A stretch of 64,000 nt of DNA. It comes from Octopus sinensis. Its lineage: Eukaryota. The notes below the pieces were generated by a model, which searched no databases, was not told the DNA's origin, and saw nothing but the letters and a program-made list of their open reading frames with translations. Location of the stretch: NCBI RefSeq assembly GCF_006345805.1, contig NC_042997.1, positions 51,956,001 through 52,020,000 on the forward strand, given 5' to 3'. The position numbers were made by a program, and so were the translations under genes. Of the stretch, positions 13,630-25,737 are shown in pieces (the stretch's first letter is position 1; every line of letters starts with the position of its first letter).

Positions 13630-13632
<3 letters not shown>
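13441..13632 (-). mobile_element. SINE family A copy
   Basis: Reverse complement of the family A core (GGTACTTATTT..ATCGA..GAAAGGATGAAAG). Confidence 0.75.
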
Positions 13633-13710
<78 letters not shown>

Positions 13711-13734
13711 GAACAGACAACAGATTAATTGTGA

Positions 13735-13822
13735 TTCACTACAGCTGTTTCAGACGTGCTTTTTATTGATGAACAGAAGTGTTACAACATGCAATAAAAA
13801 GAAAAAGTTTTCATCAAGTGGA
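13735..13822 (-). ncRNA. Decayed minimal hammerhead-ribozyme-like motif
   Basis: Minus strand reads TCCAC-TTGATGA...GAAAC-AGCT-GTA-GTGAA. Paralogous to 28656-28736 and abuts a (CA)n tract. Confidence 0.45.
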
Positions 13823-14134
13823 CACAGGTGAGAATTAACAATTAGAACTTCTCAAGAACAAGGACGTAGTGCCAGATGATTCGGACAATCCAAATTCAGA
13901 ACATTGTCTATAGGTGCAATAGGCTTGGTGAATGTATTCATGTGTGACCTTGATGATTCATTGTGTTTTCAGTCAGCCACTTGAGAATAAATCCGTTTTT
14001 TTTTTAGTGATTACTTATTTGTCGTTATATATTGTTTGTACACGATAGCGCTATCACCGACCCGACCTTGGTGCTTCCACCATTTACCCCCACCCACCCA
14101 AACACACACACACACAGACACACACATACACACA

Positions 14135-14165
<31 letters not shown>

Positions 14166-14421
14166 CCACACACACACACGTGAGCTAAAATTTTCCTCGC
14201 ATAAGCGCAGCCTGGTCACTGACACAGTTTCATAGAAAAAGAAACCATAAGTGACAGGCCACAGATGTGCGATGAAAATTTCAACTCCTGGAAAGATAAA
14301 TTCGAATTTTTAATGAATTTAACAGTTTTGTTATTAATTGGCTCTTCCACGATATATTTGCTCTCTCTTTCTTTTCTTTGCTGAATCTACAACACATACA
14401 TACATACATACATACATACAT

Positions 14422-14452
<31 letters not shown>

Positions 14453-14492
14453 TACATACATACATACATACATACATACATACATACATACA

Positions 14493-15030
14493 TGCTCTGT
14501 GGCTGGAAGAAATCCGAAAAATTTATTGCTCCTACATTACATCCAAGACATACAACATTGGTGGTGAAACTCTTGCAACTGGGATCCAGAAACTTCAGGA
14601 TGGAAAAGCACCTGGAAGAGACTTGATTGTTGGATACTGGTACAAGAAGCTAACATTCTACCAACCATATCTTATCCATCTGTATCAGCAAGTTTTCATT
14701 GGGAACAGTAGCATACCACACTTGTTAGCTCTGGCAGAGACAAAATTGATCCCAAAATGCAGAACCACCCAATTGCATGCCAGAACTTAATGTGTAAAAT
14801 ATATACAGCAGTTTAAACCGCTTCCCCCAGGACTATTGTGAAACTAATAACATTATAACAGCAGAACAAGCAGCTGGGAAGAAGGGAGTCTGGGGATGTA
14901 CCGAGCAATTGTTAATCAACAAAATTGTGGTGTCAGAGGTGTGAAAGCATAGGAGGAACCTAGATTCAATGTGGCTAGACTACAAGAATGCCTTTGACTC
15001 TGTTCTCCACTCATGGATGCTAAACTGTAT
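14493..15030 (+). mobile_element. R4/Dong-clade non-LTR retrotransposon RT fragment
   Basis: KAPGRDLIVGYWYKKL, TKLIPK, PIACQNLM.KIYT, EQAAGKKGVWGCTEQLLINK, WLDYKNAFDSV.HSW. Directly follows (TACA)n. Confidence 0.75.
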
Positions 15031-15870
15031 CGAAAGTAATGACAGCCTTTGAGAAAGATGGAAAAACCTCCTGTCCAAACAAAACTCCGGAAGAAAACCA
15101 AAACCTTCATACCAAAACCAAAACCTTCATACGCGAATTGTTAGAAAGGAACACAAAAGTACAGCTCCAAAAATTACTGCAGAGCTTAACGATCAACTCG
15201 AAGCCAGTTTTCACAAAAACTGTTCGCTGGGAGCTGCACAAAGCCGGATTTCACGGGATGGTGGCAATCAGAAAATTAGTACTTTCAAAAACAAACGTTG
15301 AAAACATTTAGAAAAAACCTATAGAATTGGTCCCTAGAGCAGTGGAAGAATGTTATTTTCTCGGACGAATAATCGTTTACCTTATTTCCGACCACTGACC
15401 GAGTATGTGTGTGGAGACAGCCAAAAGAAGCATTTGAACCAGACTGCCTTCTTCCAGCTGTTAAACATGGAGGAGGATCTGTGATGATCGGTGGGGGGGG
15501 GGACTATATCTTGGAAACCTGCTGGCCCAATGGTTTCCCTTCAAGGCAGAATTAATGGTCAAGACTATTTAAGCATTTTATCTGATCAAATTCATCCTAT
15601 GGTTGCGGAACTGTTTCTGGAGGGAAACACAATCTTTCAGGATGATAATGCACCAATTCACACAGTTGTTACTGAATGGCACGAGAACATTTTAGTGAAG
15701 CTGAACATCTTATCTGGCCAATACAGTCCTCAGATCTCAATATTATTGAACATATTAGTAAAACGAGTAAGGAGTCGATATCCTCCACCATCATCACTAC
15801 AAGATCTGGAGACTGATTTAGCTGAAGAATGGACAAAAATCCCTTTGGAAACAATTCAAACTTTCTACTG
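15031..15870 (+). mobile_element. Tc1-family (DD34E) transposase pseudogene fragment
   Basis: WKNVIFSDE, VWRQPKEAF, VKHGGGSVMI, IFQDDNAPIHT, SPDLNIIE and EEWTKIP motifs; frameshifted. Confidence 0.9.
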
Positions 15871-16110
15871 TAGTTACTGCCAAATGTGAATAAAAGAATG
15901 ACTCGTAGGAAGATTTCAAAATATTCAGTTATGGCGTTTGCAAAGATGTTCAGGACTTTGTGGAAAGAAAACATTACGACTGGTTTGATGAAAATAGTGA
16001 AATTCAGATGCTATTAAATGTAAAAAATATAGCGCTTACAGTCCTACTGCGTGGCATTTCTTTGTAGGGAACCAGAAATGCATTAAAAAAATGCATGTTA
16101 TTATTATTAA

Positions 16111-16275
16111 GGCGGCGATCTGGCAAAATTATTACCACGCCTGGTAAAATACTCAGCGGTATTTCGTCCGTTTTTACGTTCTGAGTTCAAATACCGCCGA
16201 AGTCGACTTGGGCTTTCATATTTTCTGAGTCGAGGAAATAAATATCAGCTGGGTACTGGAGTCGATATAATCCCC
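16111..16275 (+). mobile_element. SINE family A copy (3' truncated)
   Basis: GGCGGCGATCTGGCAAAA..CTGAGTTCAAATACCGCCGAAGTCGAC matches family A. Confidence 0.75.
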
Positions 16276-16832
16276 ACAAAAGTCTAAAAAAATATACTTA
16301 GTATGGATTTTTAGCCTACACACAGCCACACGCACATAATGCGTGCATCTTTGTGATTTTATAGTCGCTACTTTTTTCAAAGTTTCTGATGTTTTAGATA
16401 TTGTGGTAATTATTATCTATGGCGAAAATGAATTATATGTCAATTATTAGCATACAAAACTACACCATTACACCAAATATTAAATCAATTGGAACAGAAA
16501 TTGAAGAAATTGAAAAGTGGCAGCCAAACAGAAAAGATTCTTTGTGAGCCTATGTCAATAACTATTAATGGCTTGTAGTTTCGATTTCATTCTTTGTTTA
16601 CATCTGACGTCTCAAATACGAAACGTCGGAACAGAATCAGCGATGGCTATAATTTCCATAGAAAATCTGGAGATATGACTTTGACACGTGATATGTCGAT
16701 GACATTTTTGAGAATGAAGTTGTAACTAAAGGACAAAGAACAATAAAAAGCTTCCTGTTAGTTACTGATGTTCTAACGGATGTGGTTTAATGCAGAATTA
16801 TTTTGTAACTCTTGTGGTTACTGTTCATATAA

Positions 16833-17958
16833 TGTTGTAAAAAATAGGATCACATGTGGTCGTATCGTGTAGGGAATACGATCGCATGCAGTTCTACTCT
16901 TAACGAATTATTACAAGCCATAAATACATGCAGTAGCAAAAGACATAAGTGGATTGACAACAAGTCTTCTGTTTGAGAGATAATTATTACTTTATTTACA
17001 ACCGTGTTGATGTTGGGAGTTTGTAAACGTTACCACGTATGTGCGCATGCAACACGTGTTTGTGTCTGTGTGTTCGTGTGTGTGACAGAACAATCAGGGT
17101 GAATGCGGTTGACATAGAAAAGTACCTGATGGTGGAGGCGGCGAAGATAGTAGGCTTTCTGTGTTGAGTGTACATTAGCGTCGTAGCTAGTTGTAGCAGG
17201 AACAATCGTATATCATTTGGTTGAGCAGCGCTGTCTCTGAAGCCAGTTCTTACAAGAACTAAAACTAAAGACAGGTAATTGATTTACTGTTTATGAGGTA
17301 CACGAAGTGTAAGAGTTCAATATCAAGATGTTGTGTCTCGGAGCTGAGATTAGTTGAATCACTTGTTGTGTTTATCTTTCTCTTGATATGGATATTCTTT
17401 CAGATATATTTACTGTAGCCGTTTTCCTGTGGTGAGATTTTCACCTAACCGCTTGAGTTGAATCTGTAGTTATCTTGTGTACAAGTTAAATCTTCGTAGA
17501 TAGAGACGATGTTGGCGATGACTTCGTGTCTGTCGCTTGGGTTTTGCAGCGTCTTCATTATATGTTCTGCTTGGTTATTTTTCTCTTGATATAGATATTC
17601 TGCAACTGTTTTTCCGTGGTGAGATTTTCACACTAACAATATGAGTTGAATCTGTAGCCATCTTATGTACAAGCTAAATCTTCGTAGATAGTTTTGCTTG
17701 GTGGTCGCCTGCCTTTCGAACTGGAACATGGTTGAGTATGCTCTGTGTGGTCAGAGGTTTAGCCCTCACAAGGACTAGAAACCAAAGACGAAAGGTGTCT
17801 GAAAACACTCCTTTATATACCGTTTGGGTGGCTCAAACGAAACTTCAGAAATGGAATCTTAACCAAAGGCCGCGATTGGCTGTTTCGGGACAGTGGCTCG
17901 AAAATAAGTGGAGACAAATCGCGTCACGTGTCAACCAATCAGGTTAGTGGTTACAACA
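16833..17958 (-). mobile_element. Putative LTR-like segment
   Basis: TGTTGTAA...TTACAACA termini, TATA box on the minus strand near 17812, CCAAT motifs, and an internal direct repeat of about 120 bp (17378-17503 and 17581-17691). No matching TSD, so the left boundary is uncertain. Confidence 0.4.
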
Positions 17959-19093
17959 GGAACAACTCGGCCAAAGATGTTTGTAATCTCAAACGAGATC
18001 ATTCTTAATACTTTTCTCAAACAGTGAAGATAGCAAATAAGAAAACAATATTACTACAATGTAAATACTTATTTCATTTTATAACTTTATTCGTTTTTCG
18101 AATATTGCCAGTTTTGTTTTCATTGAGCAAGGATATTTTATTACACTACGTAGAGTGCACAAATCAACGCCAAGGAAGTCAAATGGATGCCTGCAAAGGA
18201 AAGAAAACGAGACAAGAATAAAATAATTCAAAACAAGCTGAGCCAGCGCTGAAAAAGAGGGAAAAAAAAGATGATGAGCAGAGTTCATCAAAAGACTCTG
18301 CAGATCTATGTTCAACTGATAAAGCTAATTCTTCTGATGCCAGGTAACACGCATCCTACAGGAGATCAGAGAGCAGGTATGACAGAATTATAAGCAGAAA
18401 AGGATGTTCAAATTAACCCTTGTCATGATACTATAAAGGAAGGGTGGAAGCTAAGCCCGAAAATACATAACTAGGAGACATCCGAAAAGGACATACATTA
18501 CTTTTGCAAAGTGGAAAACATTGGCATCAAGACTGAGGCTATATACAATAACTGAAGCCGTAACTATTGTATTGATGGAAATGGAAAAGAATATGTTTGA
18601 TATTCTACAAAGCAGAATCTAGCATTCCTTAGCCACAACGAATATTAATCTTCACTGACTAAAGAAAGTTTACAACATTTCAACCACCTCAGGTTGAAAT
18701 GTTGAAATGTTGAAAAAGCACCGAAAGAGATTAGAGCGCAATACAATGTAAATATCGTTATCGATCTTTTATCTTGTACCAAAATCTCAGAATGAAGTTC
18801 CCTGGAAAATTATGTAAAGCGCAAGTTTATCAGAGACATAAAGTCTGAGAAGTCCTTTAGGGTCATGATCAACTGCTTGCCTGAACAATACACCAGGTGT
18901 CCTGAAATGTGTAGATATGTTGGAAAAAAAAAGTTGAAGTGAAAGATGTATTTCTAAAATTTTTCCCTTCAAAGAAGAAAAAAGCAACTGACCACAGTTA
19001 TGACATTTTAAAGATATGCAAAGGGTTAGCATGAGTATTTTGATGTGCTGCGCTGAAGGTCACGTTAATGCTGCCAGTTGGGATCAATGAAGG

Positions 19094-19508
19094 TGTAGTG
19101 ACGCCATCTTGGAAATCTCCTGCACGCATGCGCAGAGTTGGATTCTTCCGAGAGGCCTGCCGGAAGTTTCCTCATGCACAGAAAACTAGTAGCAGCAAAA
19201 TTTCCCTCGTATCGGCCTCTCGAACGCTGACAGCCGAACAGGACGGTCGTGTTTTAGCAGCTCTCTCAAGCTGCCACCTCGTGGCGTTGCTACGCTATGC
19301 TTGAACGGACAGGATTTGGCTCACTCCACTTGACTACTGCGACGAGCTCCTAGGCTGCCGAAACGCCCTGAAGAAGAATGTATATATTGCGAATCCAGAA
19401 ATAAAAATATTTATGCTTTTGAAGTTAATCGGAAGTCTTGATTAATATTTTAATGTAAAGGATGAGAGCCGCACCCATTCAGTGTTACAGACCTTTCATC
19501 CTGTTACA
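19094..19508 (+). mobile_element. Putative solo LTR
   Basis: TGTA...TACA termini, GC-richer than the flanks, AATAAA near 19400, and 4-bp flanks AAGG/AAGA (3 of 4 match). Confidence 0.45.
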
Positions 19509-19888
19509 AAGAGTGCAGTCATTCTCAATAGAAAGAACAAGAAACTATATTTTTAGTGGATGTGCCGTCCGGTCAGCGATGTTATATTGAAAATACATCG
19601 AATGGAACATTTCCACTTTAGGACTCTTGAGGCAATACTTTTACCTTACTGCTTCAACCAATTGATAGCATGTGTAATTGGCCACATTAGAGCACCAGTC
19701 AAAAGATAATTAACAACTTACTGAAGTGGTCATCAGGATGTAGTTAAGACAGTTAAAGAAAGTTCGATGAGACTGTGGTGACGATTTAACCTTTTCTGAT
19801 CCAGATGAAAATTAACACGCAAGAGGAGTAACACAAGATTTTTTTGACATGCTGTTTTAGCGCGTCCTTTTGGGGAACGGCTAAAATA

Positions 19889-20423
19889 TGTTATATGCTT
19901 AATTCGTTAGCAACGAATAACTACGGCGGCACAGAGTGCACAATGTCTTCAACAAAAGATTTATTGTAACACAGAGAAAATTTGTACACATACAAATGGA
20001 AGTTCAATTCAAACGTATTCATGCAAGTAGAAATTCAATTCAAACTTGAATGCTGGTTGCAATTCACTTCAGAATTTGTTCAGTGCGTGTTACCAGACTT
20101 CAGGTCAACTAGAATAAGTCAAAGGAAAGTACTTATCTAACGACCGCTTGTATTGTCTGCCACCGGTGCGTAATGTAAGAACAAGAGAGAGTTTCAAGTC
20201 CCAAAGAAATTAATTTAGCTAGTTTCAAGTCCCATACTGGACTTGCAAACGTAGATCAGCCAAAACAGAAATGTTCTGCGTGAGTCGACGTGTGTATCCG
20301 TACAGAGCAAAAACGCGACCAGTTTGGTTCTGGAGACGACAGTCTTTATAGCTACGCCGTTCAGCATCGCCTAGCTGCTAACTATGCGCAAGGGGAGATA
20401 ACTCGGGATTATACCCCTTTTTT
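19889..20423 (-). mobile_element. Putative 3' LTR with polypurine tract
   Basis: Minus strand shows a PPT-like AAAAAAGGGG (~20414-20423), TATAAA (~20345), AATAAA (~19960) and an end in ..AACA at 19889. Confidence 0.4.
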
Positions 20424-20570
20424 AAGATAAATTAACCTTATCACATTAATAATGTCACCGGTGTTCACACACCTCCCCTCTTGTTAATTTTACTCCACTG
20501 TTCTACCTGTCCTTTCATTTCCTTGTGCTGCCGGTGATGTACTTCTGTGCGTTAATCTTATACAGCAATC

Positions 20571-21271
20571 GGATCTTTTCCTTTTGAACGGCACTTTTCA
20601 ATACAATTTCTAGTTAACTAAACACTTTTAAACTTCGTATACTGGTAGAATGTGTCAAAATAAAACATTTTTTTTCTCTTGGCTTTCTTGAGAAGATTGT
20701 AATTTGTTTGTTTATCGTAGTTTAATTTTTTGAATTTTAACCAATCCTATGCCCTCTATTTAGCTAAAATCATTTGCTGCGTCTAAAGCAGACAACATCC
20801 TGTCACTAACCCCAATCCTCACCCTAACCCTAAATTTTAGCTTTTCGTTTTTTTTTCTTAATTGTTAAATTAATTTAAGGATAACAATTAAGAAAAAAAA
20901 AACGAAAGCAAAAACTCAAAACAAAAACAAAACGAATAATTTTAGACACACGCGTAACAATTAAATTAATTTAACAATTAAGAAAAGGGTTAGGGTTAGG
21001 GTTAGGGTGAGGGTTAGGGTTAGAGTTAGGGTTAGTGACAGGATGTTGTCTCAGTTTTAGACGCAGCAAATGATTTTAGCTAAATAGAGGGCATAGGATT
21101 GGTTAAAATTCGAAAAATTAAACTACGTTAAACAAACAAATTACAATTTTTTCAAGAAAGCCAAGAGAAAAAAATGTTTTATTTTGACACATTCTACCAG
21201 TATACGAAGTTTAAAAGTGTTTAGTTAACTAGAAATTGTGTTGAAAAGTGCCGTTCAAAAGGAAAAGATCT
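20571..21271. mobile_element. 701-bp non-autonomous DNA transposon (fold-back/MITE) with ~260-bp TIRs containing telomeric repeats
   Basis: TIRs GGATCTTTTCCTTTTGAACGGCAC.../...GTGCCGTTCAAAAGGAAAAGATCT. Perfect 8-bp TSD CAGCAATC (20563-20570 and 21272-21279). (CCCTAA)n at ~20806-20833 and (TTAGGG)n at ~20987-21035. Confidence 0.92.
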
Positions 21272-22287
21272 CAGCAATCTTCAGACTTAAGGCTTAGCTC
21301 TTGGCAAGGTGGTGACAAAGTTAAGGCGCAAAGACTTTCTCTACACGAGGAGCGTAATTACACAGGGGCGTATACAAATAAACAGGTGCTTTTAAAATCG
21401 CATGAATATGAAATTGCAATAGAGAGAAGAGTCAAGTTCAAGAGGAAGATGGTAAGGAGCAAGCAGATAATGTTGAATGTATTCCGCAAGAAGATAATAA
21501 GAAGGCGGCGCTTGAGAGCATTAATGGCTTCCTTATCATTGGCACTAATTTATAATTACATTACATTTATTATCATGAAAATTCAACTTGTTTCAAATTT
21601 TGTGCGAATATTTCAATTGAGTTTTTTTTATTATTGATTGCTTAATGGAATCAATTGTTTGTAAACGAATTTCATTCAAAGAAAATTGATGCAATTAATT
21701 ACTTTAATAAGTCAAGTTGGTGATTATTTTAACTGTAAAATTAAGGAATTTGATATTTAGACCTGTAGTGAGAATATTCAGCAATCATCGATGTCGCGAT
21801 TCGCTGGAATATTGCACAGCATGATCAGCTAATCTGACCGATTACAATTTCACCTGGAAAGAATATTACTCACGTGACCAACAAGCCTGGCCAATAGGCT
21901 CCAGTGACCATATCAGCTTTTGGCATCTTCCTTTCTGAACCTTTCTATCGGTATAAAATGAAATACACTCGCGACTGAGACCCAGAGAGTTTTGAGATGT
22001 AGCAGACGACATGGCGAAAAGACACGGGCAGCGGCTGAAACTAGCTATTTTCATCATAACGAACTATCGGCAGTAATATAATGACTAACAGTAACTTTTC
22101 GGATACTATTATAAACTCCCAACATTTGTTGTAATATTATTTTAATTACATCTATTTTAATAGCATCTGTTGACCTTCAACGCTAGAAATAACAGCTAGC
22201 ACTCAACAGCCAATAGTATGTTTGCAACATCAACAGTCACATACAACTTCTAGCAGATAGCAAATCAGCTCCAATACAAGTGATATT

Positions 22288-22579
22288 GTTTGTTCCTTCT
22301 CGAGCCGTGCCTGGCTCGTAAGGGCCGGTTTCCTTGGCGTATAGGTTCCCTACCTGGACGGGACGCCGGTCCGTCGAAGGTGAGCTGCAAGAGGAAAGAG
22401 CGAGAGAAAGTTGTGGCGAAAGAATCAGCAGAAGTTCGCCTCGCTATTACCTTCTGTTGGAGCCGCGCGGATCTTAGGTGTTTCGCTCATAAACACACAC
22501 ATCGCCCGGTCTGAGATTCGAACCCGCGATCCCTCGACCGCGAGTCCGTTGCTCTAACCACTGGGCCATGTGCCTCCAC
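22288..22579 (-). mobile_element. Intact tRNA-derived SINE, family C
   Basis: Head has A box TGGCCCAGTGG and B box GGTTCGAATCT. (AAAC) tail. 9-bp TSD AGTGATATT (22279-22287 and 22580-22588). Confidence 0.9.
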
Positions 22580-24236
22580 AGTGATATTCGACAGCCACCA
22601 GCTACAAATCCATATTATTTGGGCAAAGCCGTGAAAACTGGTTTTCAATCAGCTATTCATGGATGTTATATATAGATTTTTAAAAAAATAATGTATAAAA
22701 TACTAAAATAATCCATTAATGTATTTTAAGTAGCAATATCGTTTAAAATCAACAAAATTTTTATGTAGTTCTTAAACATTTTTATTTCCAATTCTGTTTT
22801 TTTTTTACCAAGTTTCTTTTTACTCACATGAAACTATGCAAGTGGAAACACAGTTAGATGTGCAGATAATGTTACTAGTTGATTGACTCAATGTTATTAC
22901 CATTACATCCAGTGATAAACAAGTGGTAGTAACATCATAAGTTTACTGCAGTGGATGACGCCTAGTAACGCAACTGTTGATATCATATAGAAGTGACTGA
23001 CGTAATTGTTTATTATTTTCCTTTTCTAGTTTATGATTGTTAACAATTGAAAATAAGGTCGTCACAAATCTTAATTTTGTATCTTTGTTCAATTCAGAAA
23101 CGGTCGAAGGAATTTCTTTATCTTTTGTTAAAATTGGGTTAATGAAACCGGTTTTGCTGGTTGGTAAATTCCAATGTTATTTATTGTTGTATAAACATAC
23201 TTGCTGTTAAAATTATTTTCGAAACGCTGATTCATTTTTGAATTCAATACAAACAAAATATGACCTCAATTGAAGTGGCCTAAATGAAACTGAACCTTAT
23301 TTTGTATTGTGAAAAGTTGAGCAATTTCAAGTCTGTTATATGAAATATTTTAATAACATTCCTCCACCTCCATATATTCTGTTCACTAAGGTTGAATGAA
23401 TTGTCAATGACTTGTAATAAATAAGCGATATCTTGCTGGGCTCCAAGTTCAAAAATGCCCGAGGTTCGATTTTACCTTTAAACTCTTAAAGTTGTTACAA
23501 TAAACATCAATGATGTGTGAGACGACTGTTGTTATCGCTAGGCCTAACTCATCGTAAAGTCAATACCACCATGACCGATATCCAATCTACAGTGGAGAAG
23601 GCTAGCCACTGAATTTGGTTAAAAAGAGACGATGAGCGATGGCTGAAGGATATTGAGCTTTATTTGATAACCAGCTGATCTAGCAAGCGGGGCCTCATAT
23701 CAGTGAGTGGGGCCGGTGCGCATTGATGCCGTCGAGAGGTAGGCCCCGTAACGGCGCGCATTCTCTCCTGATGACCCCATACACTTGCTGGCTTCTGGTA
23801 TGCGGAGTTATTGACTGGTAGCACTTGCATGTGCAAGTTGTTTGCAAGACATCACTGCATTGATTCAATAGCTATACTCGTTTCTTTCAACAACTGGTGT
23901 GGTATCAAAATATATGAGTTACATAAAAACTTGAAATTTCGATAATGAAGACCTTTTATCAAAATAACTGATGTAAAAGGATTCTCTGTGTCACGAGAGC
24001 AATAAGTTTCTTAAAGCTTGTCGTCACTTGAATTCATGTAACTGAGATCAATCTTCTCGTTGATTTTCATGTTGTAATGTGAAAATGCATTCTAGCGGAT
24101 AGTTTCGGGGTGGTGGTAAAAAAGAAAAAAATGCAACTCGAACATTTTTGTTTTATGTATGAAAACAATTTCTAAGCATACATTGAACAATAGGTATAAA
24201 TAAAAGCATTTGAACTAAATTTGAACTAAATTCCAA

Positions 24237-24293
<57 letters not shown>

Positions 24294-24300
24294 TATATAA

Positions 24301-24822
24301 GTTCACCAAAATTTAGATTCAGATGAATATGGTACTTAAGTTAAAGGCACCAGAATTTTGTATGGTATTATCCATATAAATCAAATGGGGTGATTATAAT
24401 CAAAATAAGCAACAAAGATATCCAAGGTAGTGTAGTACAATTGTTTCATGCTACTTCATTTTGTTAAACACTGTAAGTATTACATCAGTTTTAAAATGTC
24501 GAGCAATCTTCAGCCACATATAGAATTTTCAATTAAACTGACAATGCATATTCTTATATATTTGCCAACATTACAAAGAGGGTAGATATATAGACAGAGA
24601 AATTGATTTCATCATTAAGAACATGATATATCTACCTTCATTGTAATGTTGGCAAATGTATAAGAATATGCATTGTCAGTTTAAGTGAAAGTTCTATATG
24701 TGGCTGAAGATTGCTCGACATTTTAAAACTGATGTAAGACTTACAGTGTTTAATAAAATGAAGCAGCATGAAACAATTATACTACACTACCTTGGATATC
24801 TTTGTTGCTTATTTTGATTATA
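24301..24822. mobile_element. Fold-back element between (TA)n tracts, ~197-bp inverted arms, hammerhead-bearing (Penelope pLTR-like)
   Basis: Arms 24395-24591 and 24626-24822 are reverse complements with scattered mismatches. Confidence 0.85.
24431..24518 (-). ncRNA. Type I hammerhead-ribozyme-like motif (mirror copy at 24699-24786 on +)
   Basis: TGTGG-CTGAAGA-[long stem II TGCT..CATTTT/AAAATG..AGCA]-T-GAAAC-AATT-GTA-CTACA. Confidence 0.6.
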
Positions 24823-24974
24823 TATATATATACACACATACACATAAGGATAAAGATATTAAATGGGGTCCATGGGAAAACTCATTTAAATAAAAGAGTT
24901 GGGAACCACTGTGAAAAGGTTTGGAAAAAGTATGTGTCTGTTTGTGTGTGCATGTGTGTATATATGTATATATA

Positions 24975-25029
<55 letters not shown>

Positions 25030-25065
25030 CACACACACACATACATACATATATACATACATACA

Positions 25066-25114
<49 letters not shown>

Positions 25115-25199
25115 CATTATCATCAATATTTTAAATTTTCAGTCTTTTTTCTAGAATAAAGGTTATTCGTTGATGGGTCCAGATTGAAGTGGGAGAGAA

Positions 25200-25247
25200 A
25201 AGGTGGTGAGTGGATTTGTAGACGGAAACTGAAAGAAGCCCGTCGTA

Positions 25248-25281
<34 letters not shown>

Positions 25282-25530
25282 CATAGACGTGTGTTTGTGT
25301 GTGTATGTGTGTGTATGTGTGTGTGAGAGTGTTTGTGTGTGTGTGTGTGTGTTTGCGTGTGTGTGTGTATGTCTTTGTCTTTGTGTTTGTCCCCACCACT
25401 GCCGCCACCATCACTTGACAAACAATGTTAGTTTCTTTACATCCAGTAAATTAATTATTCGACTACAGCCGTCAAGGCAGTGCCCTAGTACGGCCGCAGT
25501 CCAATAACTGAAACAAGTAAAAGATAAAAT
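25200..25530 (+). mobile_element. SINE family B fragment with internal microsatellite
   Basis: GTGAGTGGATTT..GACGGAAACTGAAAGAAGCCCGTCG ... GGCCGCAGTC..ACTGAAACAAGTAAAAGA matches 56740-57156. Confidence 0.75.
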
Positions 25531-25737
25531 ATATATAAAAAATTAAGGCGATTTTTCAGTTCCGTTCAGCCGTTGTCAAACCACTCGGGATGAAAGCCAC
25601 AGCATGCCGTTGCCAGCTTATCTATACTGGTCATTCTCTTTTGGTGCCTTATAATTTAATACACGCACCGGTAAAATCTCCACTTATTTCTTTTTTATCT
25701 TTCTAAAATAGTCGTTGACTATTGAAAAGGTTGCAAG

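Noticed and set aside
18200-19050. Possible decayed Gypsy pol between the LTR-like segments
   Set aside because: Only vague motif echoes; no catalytic motif could be read with confidence.
20987-21035. (TTAGGG)n as a real telomere or chromosome-fusion scar
   Set aside because: It is short, lies inside the TIR of a TSD-flanked element, and has the opposite arrangement to a head-to-head fusion.
23688-23750. GC-rich CGGGGCCT/AGGCCCCG pairing as an HDV-like ribozyme
   Set aside because: I could not place P2, P3/L3 or J4/2 on either strand.
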